Shown one piece after another: positions 1 through 11,753 of a stretch of 64,000 nucleotides of DNA. Each line of letters opens with the position of its first letter. Position 1 is the first letter of the stretch. The notes beneath the pieces are model-generated. The model saw only the letters and a program-made list of their open reading frames with translations, searched no databases and was not told the origin of the DNA. Made by a program: the position numbers and the translations under genes. The DNA comes from Eledone cirrhosa. Taxonomy: Eukaryota. The stretch is from positions 54,932,001 through 54,996,000 of the forward strand of contig OZ024748.1 in the NCBI GenBank assembly GCA_964016885.1. The letters are read 5' to 3'.

Positions 1-430
<430 letters not shown>

Positions 431-2482
431 TTATGTGTGTATATGTGTATGTGTATGTGTGTTTATGGTTGCGCGTGAGTGTGTGAGTGAGTATGTTTTT
501 TTGTGAATGTGTCTGTTGATTTTTGGCATATAGTTGATTAGTTTAGGAGAAGTTCGAAGATAATTGTAAGATATGCACTCAGTATTTTGAATCTGTCTAC
601 AGAATCCTCTAAACCTTTGTCACTTAGTAGAACCTTAATGATTTTAGCTTTTAAAGAATCTCCCTTTTCTTTAATTCTATCGACCATGACTGACCCCCCA
701 CTGATCTTATAGACATCTGTTAGCTTAAGAGAAACTTAATGACAAGGAATGGTATGCCATCCGGAACCTGTTTATAGAATTCTGTCTGCCCTTGTTACTC
801 TAAAAACATAAATAAATAAAAATAAAAATAAACTATAGCTTTGTAGAATTAGCTTCGAATGAAACAGTTCTATTCCTGTAGAAGCTATTTCTATATTAAA
901 TTATATATATATATATAATATATAATATATAATAACTTGTGTGTTACACCTCTATTCTTTTAACTATATATATATATATATACAGTATTTTCCGTTGTGT
1001 TGTAATATAAATATTACACACAGTAGATTGACAGCTCACGTAGAGTTTGCTCGACGGTTCCAGTTGAAATTCCAAAAGTAATCCGGAGAAAAATAGAAAG
1101 ATTTGAATGGATACAGTTTAGTTGAAAGGAATTTATTGACACGTGTTTCTATAACAGTTACATAACCTGAAAACAGCTGCTATCTACAAAGTATTAGTTA
1201 TGCAGACAATCAATATTTCAATGTTATTATTTACTGTCATTTCATCAGAATAATATTACTGAGGACCTGTTTGGTTTTTATAGAGAATATTAGGAGAGAG
1301 GGGTGAAGTTGTTAGAAGAATAGTTGAGGGAGTGGTTTTTTGATAGCAGTGAGAATTTTTGGTGGCAGTGAGTAATTAGATTCCCATCTGTTGTTTTGAC
1401 ATTTTTATAGAATATATTATTGGTTATTTTTCTAAATCTATAGAGGGATTAGAGATAGTAAAGATATGCGTGGTTGGTTTTGTGTTTGCACTTAATTAAC
1501 ATTCAGACTTAAATTTTTTCTTTCCAGTGTACGTATCCTTTCACCCACGCATTCTCACACAAACATATTTGCACCCATCTACAAAATACATATACTCACA
1601 TTCACATAGTAACATGTTCATACTTACATACATATACACATGCATACATATATATATACACACATGTATTCATGTACATACATACGCGTTCATGTGTGTA
1701 CATTTTCATACTCAACTTATCTTTATATACACACGTATAGACACACACATATATACATACATACTCTAGTCTATGTGTATATATATACATATACATATAT
1801 ATCTATATATCTATATATCTATATATATCTATATATATATATATAAAGCATTTTAATACATGAATACACTTACATCTAACTATACACATCAAACATATAT
1901 ATATATTTACTTATTTATATACATTTTCACATATATATACATACTTATGGTCGCTTTTAGACACATTCATTATCGCATTTTTGCACATATTCTCATCAGC
2001 ATATCTTTCCATTATTAGTGTGGTAATTTGAGGTTATTAATATACATATATATGTTGAGAAGAAATTGTTTTTATATTTTTCTAACTAGATTGAGGTTTA
2101 TATAGTTGGGGGGGATGTCCCTATTTTATGTAATATTCGGCTTGTAGTGGGAAAAAGGGTTTTAGTTCGGTGACGGCAAAATAATGTTCGTTCAATTCTG
2201 TTATTCAGCAATTTCTTCTTGTGTGTGATTATGTAATAAATCTCAAGATTACACAATTTGCAAAAATTTTGGCTCCTGGAAAAGCTTTGGGTTTTAGCTA
2301 ATTTCTCCCATTTTAGGGTAAACTTTTGATCGCTATCCCTGAGCGTCCAAGCTTTTTCTGCTAAAGTTGTTACATTTCTTTGGCTCTGGTGTCTTATTGA
2401 GTAAGAATGCCTATATAATCGAGATTTAAACGATGTTGCCGTTGATCCCACGTAATACCACGCGTTGCCTCGTTTGCTAAGG

Positions 2483-2832
2483 TTGTATTCATATGTTATA
2501 GTTAGTCCTATTTCGAGTAGTAGTTTTCTTATATCTTTGCGTAGTTTTTCTAGTTTTTGGTTATTTAGGTTTTTAACTAGGAGGAGAACATCGTCGCGGT
2601 ATATTCCGCCGTAGAGATTGCTGAATTTTTCCTGGAGTCTAAAGGCGATAAATAATCCCACAATATCAGTTATTTCCACCGAATCGTTAGAGCCCATTGT
2701 TATGTCAAAGTTAGAGGGTCTATCTTTACGTACCCAATAACTGTTCTCAAATTTGACTATAGTTTTCCTAGCTTCTAATATAATCTTAATTTCATCGTTT
2801 GTAAGGTCAGAGTTATCCTTAGCAAACGAGGC
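2483..2832 (-). pseudogene. Penelope-like (Naiad-type) reverse transcriptase fragment
   Basis: Minus-strand frame reads ASFAKDNSDLTNDEIKIILEARKTIVKFENSYWVRKDRPSNFDITMGSNDSVEITDIVGLFI...GGIYRDDVLLLV. The FDITMGS and YRDD motifs are typical of PLE RT. Confidence 0.85.
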
Positions 2833-3201
2833 AACGAGTGGTATTACGTGGGATCAACGGCAACATCGTTTAAATCTCGATTATATAGGCATTCTTACTC
2901 AATAAGACACCAGAGCCAAAGAAATGTAACAACTTTAGCAGAAAAAGCTTGGACGCTCAGGGATAGCGATCAAAAGTTTACCCTAAAATGGGAGAAATTA
3001 GCTAAAACCCAAAGCTTTTCCAGGAGCCAAAATTTTTGCAAATTGTGTAATCTTGAGATTTATTACATAATCACACACAAGAAGAAATTGCTGAATAACA
3101 GAATTGAACGAACATTATTTTGCCGTCACCGAACTAAAACCCTTTTTCCCACTACAAGCCGAATATTACATAAAATAGGGACATCCCCCCCAACTATATA
3201 A
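2833..3201 (+). pseudogene. PLE C-terminal GIY-YIG endonuclease (5'-truncated); mirror copy at 2098-2466 on minus strand
   Basis: WYYVGSTATSFKSRLYRH...LKW...FCKLCNLE...LLNNRIE...CRH: YVG-T-FK-R motif plus CxxC/CRH Zn-ligand pattern of PLE endonucleases. Confidence 0.85.
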
Positions 3202-4317
3202 ACCTCAATCTAGTTAGAAAAATATAAAAACAATTTCTTCTCAACATATATATGTATATTAATAACCTCAAATTACCACACTAATAATGGAAAGATATGC
3301 TGATGAGAATATGTGCAAAAATGCGATAATGAATGTGTCTAAAAGCGACCATAAGTATGTATATATATGTGAAAATGTATATAAATAAGTAAATATATAT
3401 ATATGTTTGATGTGTATAGTTAGATGTAAGTGTATTCATGTATTAAAATGCTTTATATATATATATATAGATATATATAGATATATAGATATATAGATAT
3501 ATATGTATATGTATATATATACACATAGACTAGAGTATGTATGTATATATGTGTGTGTCTATACGTGTGTATATAAAGATAAGTTGAGTATGAAAATGTA
3601 CACACATGAACGCGTATGTATGTACATGAATACATGTGTGTATATATATATGTATGCATGTGTATATGTATGTAAGTATGAACATGTTACTATGTGAATG
3701 TGAGTATATGTATTTTGTAGATGGGTGCAAATATGTTTGTGTGAGAATGCGTGGGTGAAAGGATACGTACACTGGAAAGAAAAAATTTAAGTCTGAATGT
3801 TAATTAAGTGCAAACACAAAACCAACCACGCATATCTTTACTATCTCTAATCCCTCTATAGATTTAGAAAAATAACCAATAATATATTCTATAAAAATGT
3901 CAAAACAACAGATGGGAATCTAATTACTCACTGCCACCAAAAATTCTCACTGCTATCAAAAAACCACTCCCTCAACTATTCTTCTAACAACTTCACCCCT
4001 CTCTCCTAATATTCTCTATAAAAACCAAACAGGTCCTCAGTAATATTATTCTGATGAAATGACAGTAAATAATAACATTGAAATATTGATTGTCTGCATA
4101 ACTAATACTTTGTAGATAGCAGCTGTTTTCAGGTTATGTAACTGTTATAGAAACACGTGTCAATAAATTCCTTTCAACTAAACTGTATCCATTCAAATCT
4201 TTCTATTTTTCTCCGGATTACTTTTGGAATTTCAACTGGAACCGTCGAGCAAACTCTACGTGAGCTGTCAATCTACTGTGTGTAATATTTATATTACAAC
4301 ACAACGGAAAATACTGT
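3202..4317 (+). mobile_element. PLE 3' UTR / pLTR region, ending at (TA)n
   Basis: Follows the endonuclease stop, contains a hammerhead-like core at 4051-4083, and ends at tatata at 4317. Confidence 0.6.
4044..4095 (+). ncRNA. Degenerate hammerhead-like motif in PLE 3' region (mirror at 1204-1255, minus)
   Basis: CTGATGA-aatg...catt-GAAA-tatt. Stem II is 4 bp, AATATT is palindromic, stem I is weak. Confidence 0.4.
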
Positions 4318-4397
4318 ATATATATATATATATAGTTAAAAGAATAGAGGTGTAACACACAAGTTATTATATATTATATATTATATATATATATATA

Positions 4398-4556
4398 ATT
4401 TAATATAGAAATAGCTTCTACAGGAATAGAACTGTTTCATTCGAAGAAAGGTCTAATCGTGTAGAAGCCATTTCTATATTAAATTTGACGTATACACTCT
4501 ACCAATGTATTGAGTACCTTACTTATTGTGGTTACGCCCAATAGAACCTGGGACTA
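4398..4556 (+). mobile_element. Fold-back short element with cactctac...gtattgagtac tail, flanked by (TA)n
   Basis: aatatagaaatagcttctaca...tgtagaagccatttctatatt imperfect palindrome; tail resembles that of the 6231 family. Confidence 0.5.
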
Positions 4557-4594
4557 TATATATATATAAAGAATATATATATATATATATAATA

Positions 4595-4822
4595 AAATTA
4601 ATGGCTGACTGAGTACTGAAACATTACTTTCTCAACAAATCTTTTTTCCAGTGACTTGCTCTTTTAAACTTCACTCTTTCGATTTCATCTTTTGTTTAAC
4701 ATTCTATCTTTTGATGAAGGACTAGTGTCTGAAACACAAAAACTCTTTTCCTAGTATATCATGCATTACACTTATATATTTCTTCATTGTACTGTATTCT
4801 TTCGTTTACCTTTTGCATATAT
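4595..4822 (+). mobile_element. Short element of the GGACTAGCGTCC-hammerhead family, decayed ribozyme (TTGATGA at 4711)
   Basis: ttgatgaaggactagtgtctgaaac plus 3' tail similar to copies at 7686-7830 and 35762-35915. Confidence 0.6.
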
Positions 4823-4857
4823 CTATATATATAATTACAGAGAATTAAATAAACTGG

Positions 4858-5160
4858 ACGAATACAAACGGCCGAAATGGGGTTCCTCCAAATGATCTAT
4901 GGAATAACCTTACTCGATAGAGTGCGTAGCTCGAAGAAAAGAAAGTCACACCAGGTAGAAATGCTCCTTTTCCGAATTGAAAGATCACAGCTCTGATATT
5001 ATGGATATGTGGTTAGAATGTCTCAGGAAAGAATCACTGGACATATTTTCCAGGTAACACCAACCGACATGAGGCCGAAGGGCAGTGCCCGAGCAAACTG
5101 GCTGAGTGACATCCAACCGGATAAATTGGAAACAATAGCTTCTGACAGGAAGGTCTGAGG
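4858..5160 (+). pseudogene. RTE-clade LINE ORF C-terminal fragment
   Basis: RIQTAEMGFLQMIYGITLLDRVRS...RIERSQL*YYGYVVRM...RPKGSARANWLSDI, with in-frame stop. Confidence 0.75.
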
Positions 5161-5196
5161 ACTTTTTCTTTCTTGGGGGTTGTTGGGGACAAAGAC

Positions 5197-5368
5197 GAAA
5201 AAAAAGGAAAAAAGGAAAAAAATAAAAAAAGGAAAAAAGGAAAGAAAAAAAGGAAAAAAAAGGAAAAAAAGGAAAAAAAGGAAAAAAAGGGAGAAAAAAA
5301 AGGAAAAAAGGAAAAAGGAAAAAAGGAAAAAAGGAAAAAAAAGGAAAAAAAGGAAAAAAAGGAAAAAA
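5197..5368. repeat. (GGAAAAAAAA)n purine-rich tandem repeat
   Basis: Direct reading. Confidence 0.9.
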
Positions 5369-5674
5369 GTACGAATGGGTTTCAAATATACCACAAGAAA
5401 ATATGTATTTTTTATCAGAAGTAAATGAATGAAAGTATTAAAAAGAGTTTGAGCATATATCACACGTAAGTATTCTCCGGGATAACATGCCTGAAAAAGT
5501 CAAGGAGCTTGTGCTGCAATGATGGAGGCTTGAAACTCGCTATAAATATCTGTCGAATCACCTCTAATGAAACCACATTGCTCAAACACAGGAAGGTTAC
5601 ATCGAGAAATAGCGTACTAGATATACAGATTGACGGTCAAGCTTAGATTTCCTTTGAACATATCTGCTGTTGAT

Positions 5675-5847
5675 GGCTTTTTTACCAACAGGACGAAAGC
5701 TTCTTCGCTAATGAGGTCCAAGAAATGCAATGTCGATGGAAAAAGTGCGTGGTCTGCATATGAGGACTATGTTGAAAAATGAACCCCATTTGGTCACATT
5801 CCATGAGAGTATCTTAGTCAAACTATTAACTTTTACTAATCCTCGTA
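5675..5847 (+). mobile_element. mariner transposase 3' end plus right TIR
   Basis: Degenerate QDESFFAN...RWKKCV...DYVEK* followed by ggtcacattccatgagagtatcttagtca TIR-like end. Confidence 0.75.
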
Positions 5848-6198
5848 ACCCTGCTTAATCAGTACTAACCTGATTAATTACAGTAAACTAAACTACATCG
5901 AGATAAGTAACGCGAGAACTTCTACAGAACGGTCGACCTGGTAGAAATAGCAGTCAAATTACCATCACTCAACCGCAACGGTAGAGGACAATGGATAAAA
6001 TCAATCCCAGTATTTTATTTTACCGACCATGGATTGATGATAAGGAAAGTGAGATTTGAATCCATTCATCCGATGCTCTAACGATTCTGCAAATCTGCCA
6101 CAGTAGATTTGAACGAAGTAACAAATATAACAACACTGTTGACAAGACAGAAATCAACAAATACCTCAGTGACATTTGCTGTACATGCATTTACAAAC

Positions 6199-6230
<32 letters not shown>

Positions 6231-6232
<2 letters not shown>

Positions 6233-6425
6233 AACCAGTAAGACCCCGACGGCTGAGCTCAAGCCGTTTCGACGGCTAATTCTGGACTAGTCAAGAATTA
6301 GCCGTCGAAACGGCTTGAGCTCAGCCGTCGGGGTCTTACTGGTTCCTATTACCCACTCTACTACCCCAAGTATTGAGTACTTTGGTGCGTTATGGTCCAC
6401 CTGGTTCCTTACCACATTTCCTTCG

Positions 6426-6428
<3 letters not shown>
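6231..6428 (+). mobile_element. Fold-back short element (58-bp arms, 6231-6346) plus 80-bp tail, inside (TA)n
   Basis: ggaaccagtaagacccc...ctag...ggggtcttactggttcc with one mismatch; related copies at 31211, 35020, 39833 and 49446. Confidence 0.85.
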
Positions 6429-6473
<45 letters not shown>

Positions 6474-6476
<3 letters not shown>

Positions 6477-6628
6477 CCAACAGAACGAAAGCTTCTTCGC
6501 CAATGGGATCCAATACCTGCAACATCGATGGAAAAAGTGCGTGATCTGCAATGAGGACTATGTTGAAAAATGAACCTCATTTGGTCACATTCCATCAGAG
6601 TATCTTGGTCAAACTATTAACTTTTACC
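6474..6628 (+). mobile_element. mariner transposase 3' end plus TIR (second copy)
   Basis: QQNESFFANGIQYLQHRWKKCVICNEDYVEK* matches the mariner C-terminal consensus. Confidence 0.8.
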
Positions 6629-6678
6629 AAGAAAAAAATGGCGTAAACTTTACAATACAATGGGAGGAAAGATAACAG

Positions 6679-6722
6679 TGTTACTGATGATATCGCAGTT
6701 GTGCGACGAAAGAACTTTGATA
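6679..6722 (+). ncRNA. Probable type I hammerhead ribozyme (slightly degenerate)
   Basis: tgtta CTGATGA ta tcgca gttg tgcga c GAAA gaactt tgata; related to the 40325-40370 motif. Confidence 0.5.
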
Positions 6723-6907
6723 GACTATATATATATTTATATCTGTATCTGTATTTTTAACCGCTGGTCAATCAATGATGAACATTGATTGCCAGATAAA
6801 TTAACTATGGAGATATAAAAGATACAGAAGCGAAAGCCAACCCAAAACCAAACTGTGAGTGTGTTCCATTATTATTTCTGGCAATATTATAACAATATGA
6901 CCCTCCC

Positions 6908-6947
<40 letters not shown>

Positions 6948-7244
6948 CACATATTAAAAAAGCCTCATTTTCTTTCTTTCTTTATATATCTAAACTATAA
7001 TAAAGTAAGAAGCGCGGGACTGCGTACGGTTTATAATTTGTTATCCCCTTAGTAAAATAAGTTGGATTACTTTGAATATTACATAATTTATCCACTAAAT
7101 TTCGTGGCTGTTCATTAAATATATGTTATTACTTATTTAAAGATTCACTTCTTTAACATTTTCAAATGTCAACACTTCCGGTTAGTGATTGTTTAAATAA
7201 ATATTCATATATTTCTGTCACTAATTTTCTTCTAATGCAGTTTA

Positions 7245-7605
7245 TATATAATATCATCTTTTTTTAATGTATCATGGATTACGTTACTGATTACATAAGA
7301 GTGTGTAACACAATCTTCGTTCAATTTCTGTGTATATTGTCAATTACGATTTTATTTGATCATATCTACATGCATATATACTTGCGTATAATATCAATAT
7401 ACACTCTACACATGCTAGCAGATATATAATATCGTCTTTTTTAATGTATTATGGATTACATTACAGATTATATAAGAGAGTGTAACAGAGGTTTCGTTCA
7501 ATTTCTGTGTATATTGTCAATAACGATTTTATTTGATGTATCATATCTACATGCATATATACTTGCGTATAATATCAATATACACACTACAGAACCTAGC
7601 AGAAA
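7245..7605. repeat. Diverged tandem duplication, unit about 180 bp
   Basis: atatcatctttttttaatgtat...gtataatatcaatatacact repeated twice. Confidence 0.85.
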
Positions 7606-7769
7606 ACGAAGGTGATACTGATATATATGCGCAGAATATATACTAGCAGAAAACCACCCTTCGGGTGGTTTTCTGCTAGTATATATAAAGTAAACAGAAA
7701 TAACAACACAATCGGTACAGTATATGGAAGGAATATATTACGTTAAAGCTTGAAATAGCAGGAAGAGGG

Positions 7770-7805
7770 TCTTAACGTTTCGGACGCTAGTCCTTCATCA
7801 GAAGA
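7770..7805 (-). ncRNA. Minimal type I hammerhead ribozyme
   Basis: Minus strand: tctt CTGATGA a ggac tagc gtcc GAAA cgtt aaga; palindromic AACGTT in place of stem III. Confidence 0.75.
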
Positions 7806-7899
7806 AAGAATGAAAAATTAGATTAACGTCTGTCGCTTCCGACTATGATTGTTCCAATTGTTCGATCATCTAAACACTCTGCTTATGAAATTAAAGTGG

Positions 7900-8025
7900 T
7901 GTAAGTGCCTGAGCATTACTCAAGTCTATGGTAAATGACACTTGCCCAAGATGGTAGGCAACGAGATGGAAAACGGAACCTAATGGTTGCCAAGCGAACC
8001 TCTTAATCATTCAGCCACGTGGCGT
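7900..8025 (-). mobile_element. Old tRNA-derived SINE head, second family (similar relics near 12480-12600, 12880-13000, 33520-33635, 55605-55720)
   Basis: Minus-strand gtggctgaatgattaagagg...cttgggcaagtgtc pattern recurs in diverged form. Confidence 0.55.
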
Positions 8026-8139
8026 CCACGTACGAGGATGTGTGTATTGGCAAAGATAGAAAGATACATAGATTGATAGATAGAGATAGAGACAGAGAGA
8101 CATAGAGAGAGAGGGAGAGATAGATAGAGAGAGAGATAG

Positions 8140-8192
<53 letters not shown>

Positions 8193-8577
8193 TAGATAGA
8201 TAGAAAGATGGGAGGACAGACAGACAGAGACAGATAGATAGATAGACAGATAGATAGATATCTTTCTTTATTCCAGATAGATAGGAAGACAGTCAGAAAG
8301 GAAGATAGATACATTTCTTTATTAGCCACAAGGGCACACATACAAATGGGGAGTTTACAGACAGGTATTTGAAAATAAAACTATTAATACAATTGAAATC
8401 CCCAATAGGGGGGAGGTGTTACACAGGGGTTGTACACACCCCGAAAAAAATGTACAACCCTCATCTCCAGGAGCACCAAGAGTGAGTACTCCCTTCCTCT
8501 CTTCCTCTTTTTCCTCAACCTACAGGCTTATATAGAGAGAAGGCCCAACCACTCGGGCCATCTTTAGATAGATAGAT

Positions 8578-8669
<92 letters not shown>

Positions 8670-8762
8670 CCGTTGAGGGTAGGCGGCCCTCGTGTTACCT
8701 CTGCGGAACCAGAGGTCACCTGAGGGCTGTCTGTCCCCAACTTAATAAGAAAACCCCAATCC

Positions 8763-8802
<40 letters not shown>

Positions 8803-8815
8803 GATATATAGATAT

Positions 8816-8858
<43 letters not shown>

Positions 8859-9166
8859 TGAATAGTTTCATACATTGATAAAGAGTTGAATAGATAAATA
8901 GTTAGAAATTTAGGCTACGTGTAAAACTGAATAGATTAGAAAAGTGTTAAATATTAGCTGAAACGCAAACGTTGCTTTTGCTTAAACAAAGAAGAGAAAG
9001 GGAAAATAAGGAGGGAGTGGGTAAGTACGAGAAAGACAGAGAGAAGGAGGGAGGAGGATGAATGAAGAGGAAGAGAAGGTGAGATAAAAGTACGATGGAT
9101 AGATGTGGGTGTATAAGACTGACAATGAACTATTTTCTATAAAATCTAATTAAAAAAATTACGCGC

Positions 9167-9200
<34 letters not shown>

Positions 9201-9530
9201 ACTTATATATCTCTATGTATATATACACGTATATAAACCCCCCTCTCTCTCTCTATATATATATATATTTATAGATATATATTTACTTATGTATACATAC
9301 ACACACACATATTTATACACACACACACACACACATGTATATATATACACACAAACATTCTATATATAATATATATACATCCACACACACACATATATAT
9401 ATATATATCTGTACACATTCAAAACCGATCCTTTTTTCTTCTCCCCCACCTCATCACAGTCGTGATGATTGCCTTTTTTGTTTTGTTAATATTATTATTA
9501 TAATTTAAAGAAATAAATCATTATTTCTAT

Positions 9531-9561
<31 letters not shown>

Positions 9562-9739
9562 TGTATAGTAGTAGTAGTTTTAACATAAACAGTGGTAATA
9601 CTATCTTCATTGTTATTTTTTTTTATTATAATTACTGTTGTTGTTTTGTTGTTTCATTAGTCAGAAAAATATATATAAAAGATAAATGGCGAATTGTTTG
9701 TTTTGCTTTTTTTTTTCAATCAGAGCATATATATACATA

Positions 9740-9821
<82 letters not shown>

Positions 9822-10892
9822 TAGTTAAGCTAGTAATGACTGTATGTTTACTCGGTCACCACTTCATTAACGACAACAGCTCAGGTATCTGTCGTTGAAA
9901 AATTCCGCCCTTATGTGTAATATTATACATACATATATACATATATATATATACACACACATACACACATACACTTACACGTGTGTATATGTAAATAATA
10001 CTATCTGCATACATACACATGTTCTCAAATTCTTATATTGGTATCAGTCATTAGACTGCGGCCATGCTGGGATCCCACTTTGATCTAGTTGATCATATCA
10101 ATGCCAGTACACATTTTTAAAAGATTGTCACTTATCATTCATTAGGCTGCGGCCATGCTGGGTCACCGTTTTGAGTTTGTTGATTATAACAATGTCATTA
10201 CGTATTTTACAAAGACTGTCAATTATTTTATCGACCTCTTTCTCGAAACTAAGCTGGACGATGACCACATTTTGCCATCTCCATGGTCTTATTTATATGC
10301 CTAATAACTCTATGCTGCAAAGCATGGTGTCAGCCACCCTACCGATACTGCCACACAAGAGTAAAACAAGTTGACTTGTACGGTGTTATGTCTTTAAAAG
10401 AGACAGCTTTGTCGCAGCTGGAATGCGTGAGATCCATCTCGTAGAACTAAAATAAACATTCTTAATACGGTAAAATTATGTTTAGTCTTGATCCCGTAAC
10501 ACCTGAGGACATCGTAAATTTGATGTTCACTTTCCCTATTTTTCAAAAGTATAGATCAGAGTAAACATTCAAGACTCATCCATTTCTAAACACACAAACT
10601 CTCTCCGAGATATATACAGACAGATGTGTTACCGAGCATGTGCGAGTTTGTATCTATACATGTGTTAGCGCACGCGAGCGTGTGTCTGTGCACACATCCA
10701 AACGTATATGTTACTATACATACAAAAATAACAGGTAACGCACAAACATCTTCATTGCCTTCAATTCTTCAAAATTTACTGTCTAGTTCGTATTGCCGTA
10801 GACATCATATATATATATTAATACCTGCACACATGTCACATTGCTTGAAGCGCTCTTTAATGTATTTATATCAAGACAGGGATCTAATTTAA

Positions 10893-11340
10893 CCCTTTAG
10901 CATTTAAACCGGCCATATCCGGCCAAAATTCTCTGACCCCTTTCTTTTCAAACCGACTGTAATCCGCCACTCATACTGATAAGGTATTGTTCTCAAAGTA
11001 AATAATATCAAAATCTCATAGATTCTGTATCATGTGAGATAATTATCTATATATTACTAAAAGTCTGTGATTGCCTGCTTGCTTGTCTGTAATGTAATGT
11101 AATACAGCCAAAAGGGCGCATAATGGGAAAATACTTTGAAAGGAAGTTGCCCCTGAAATGGGAATACAAATGGAATAAAACAAGTTTCGCGTAAATCGCA
11201 GCATGGGTTCCCGAAATATGGAGTTTTTCCGGGAACCTTCATAAACAAAGAGAAAGATGGAAAGGAAGACAGTGGTTTTGACAGAGTAGATTGAAAGAGA
11301 GATATAGAGGGAAGGAGAGGAGGCAGAAGGAGAATGGAAG

Positions 11341-11402
<62 letters not shown>

Positions 11403-11436
11403 GTGTGTGGTGTGTTGTGTGGCCAGTGCATATAGA

Positions 11437-11501
<65 letters not shown>

Positions 11502-11753
11502 CATACATACATACATACATACATACATACATACATACATACGTATATATATGTGTCTTCCAGTTTCATTTCACATTATATACATGTCTGTGTAAATTTT
11601 TATTATTTAAAAAATATTTTTAAGTAAACATGATTTAAAAAATAATATTTTGAACCGAACATGACCCAACGGGTCACGGGTGGTCTAGTGTACGATAAAG
11701 CCTTTACCATGACAATATAACAGTAAATATAGAGAAATGTAAATGCTAAAGGG
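10893..11753. mobile_element. piggyBac-type non-autonomous element (TTAA TSD, CCCTTTAGCATTTA TIR) interrupted by a Helitron
   Basis: ttaa|ccctttagcattta ... taaatgctaaaggg|ttaa; uninterrupted copy at 44798-45018. Confidence 0.85.
11046..11688 (+). mobile_element. Non-autonomous Helitron
   Basis: 5' TCTATATATTACTAAAA; 3' hairpin tgaccc-aac-gggtca then CTAG; inserted between A and T without TSD; empty site present in the 44798-45018 copy. Confidence 0.85.

Larger units (their letters stand above)
853..4446. repeat. Large inverted duplication: arms 853-2482 and 2817-4446 (1630 bp each), 334-bp spacer
   Basis: Mirror coordinates sum to 5299 at both ends and for mirrored ORFs (1527/3772, 2098/3201). 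One substitution seen (caacgcgtg vs caacgagtg). Confidence 0.95.

Noticed and set aside
3293-3342. SECIS-like hairpin (AUGA...AAAA...UGA) or hammerhead after the endonuclease stop
   Set aside because: Helix II is short and imperfect, no in-frame TGA in the visible PLE coding pieces, and no GAAA for a hammerhead
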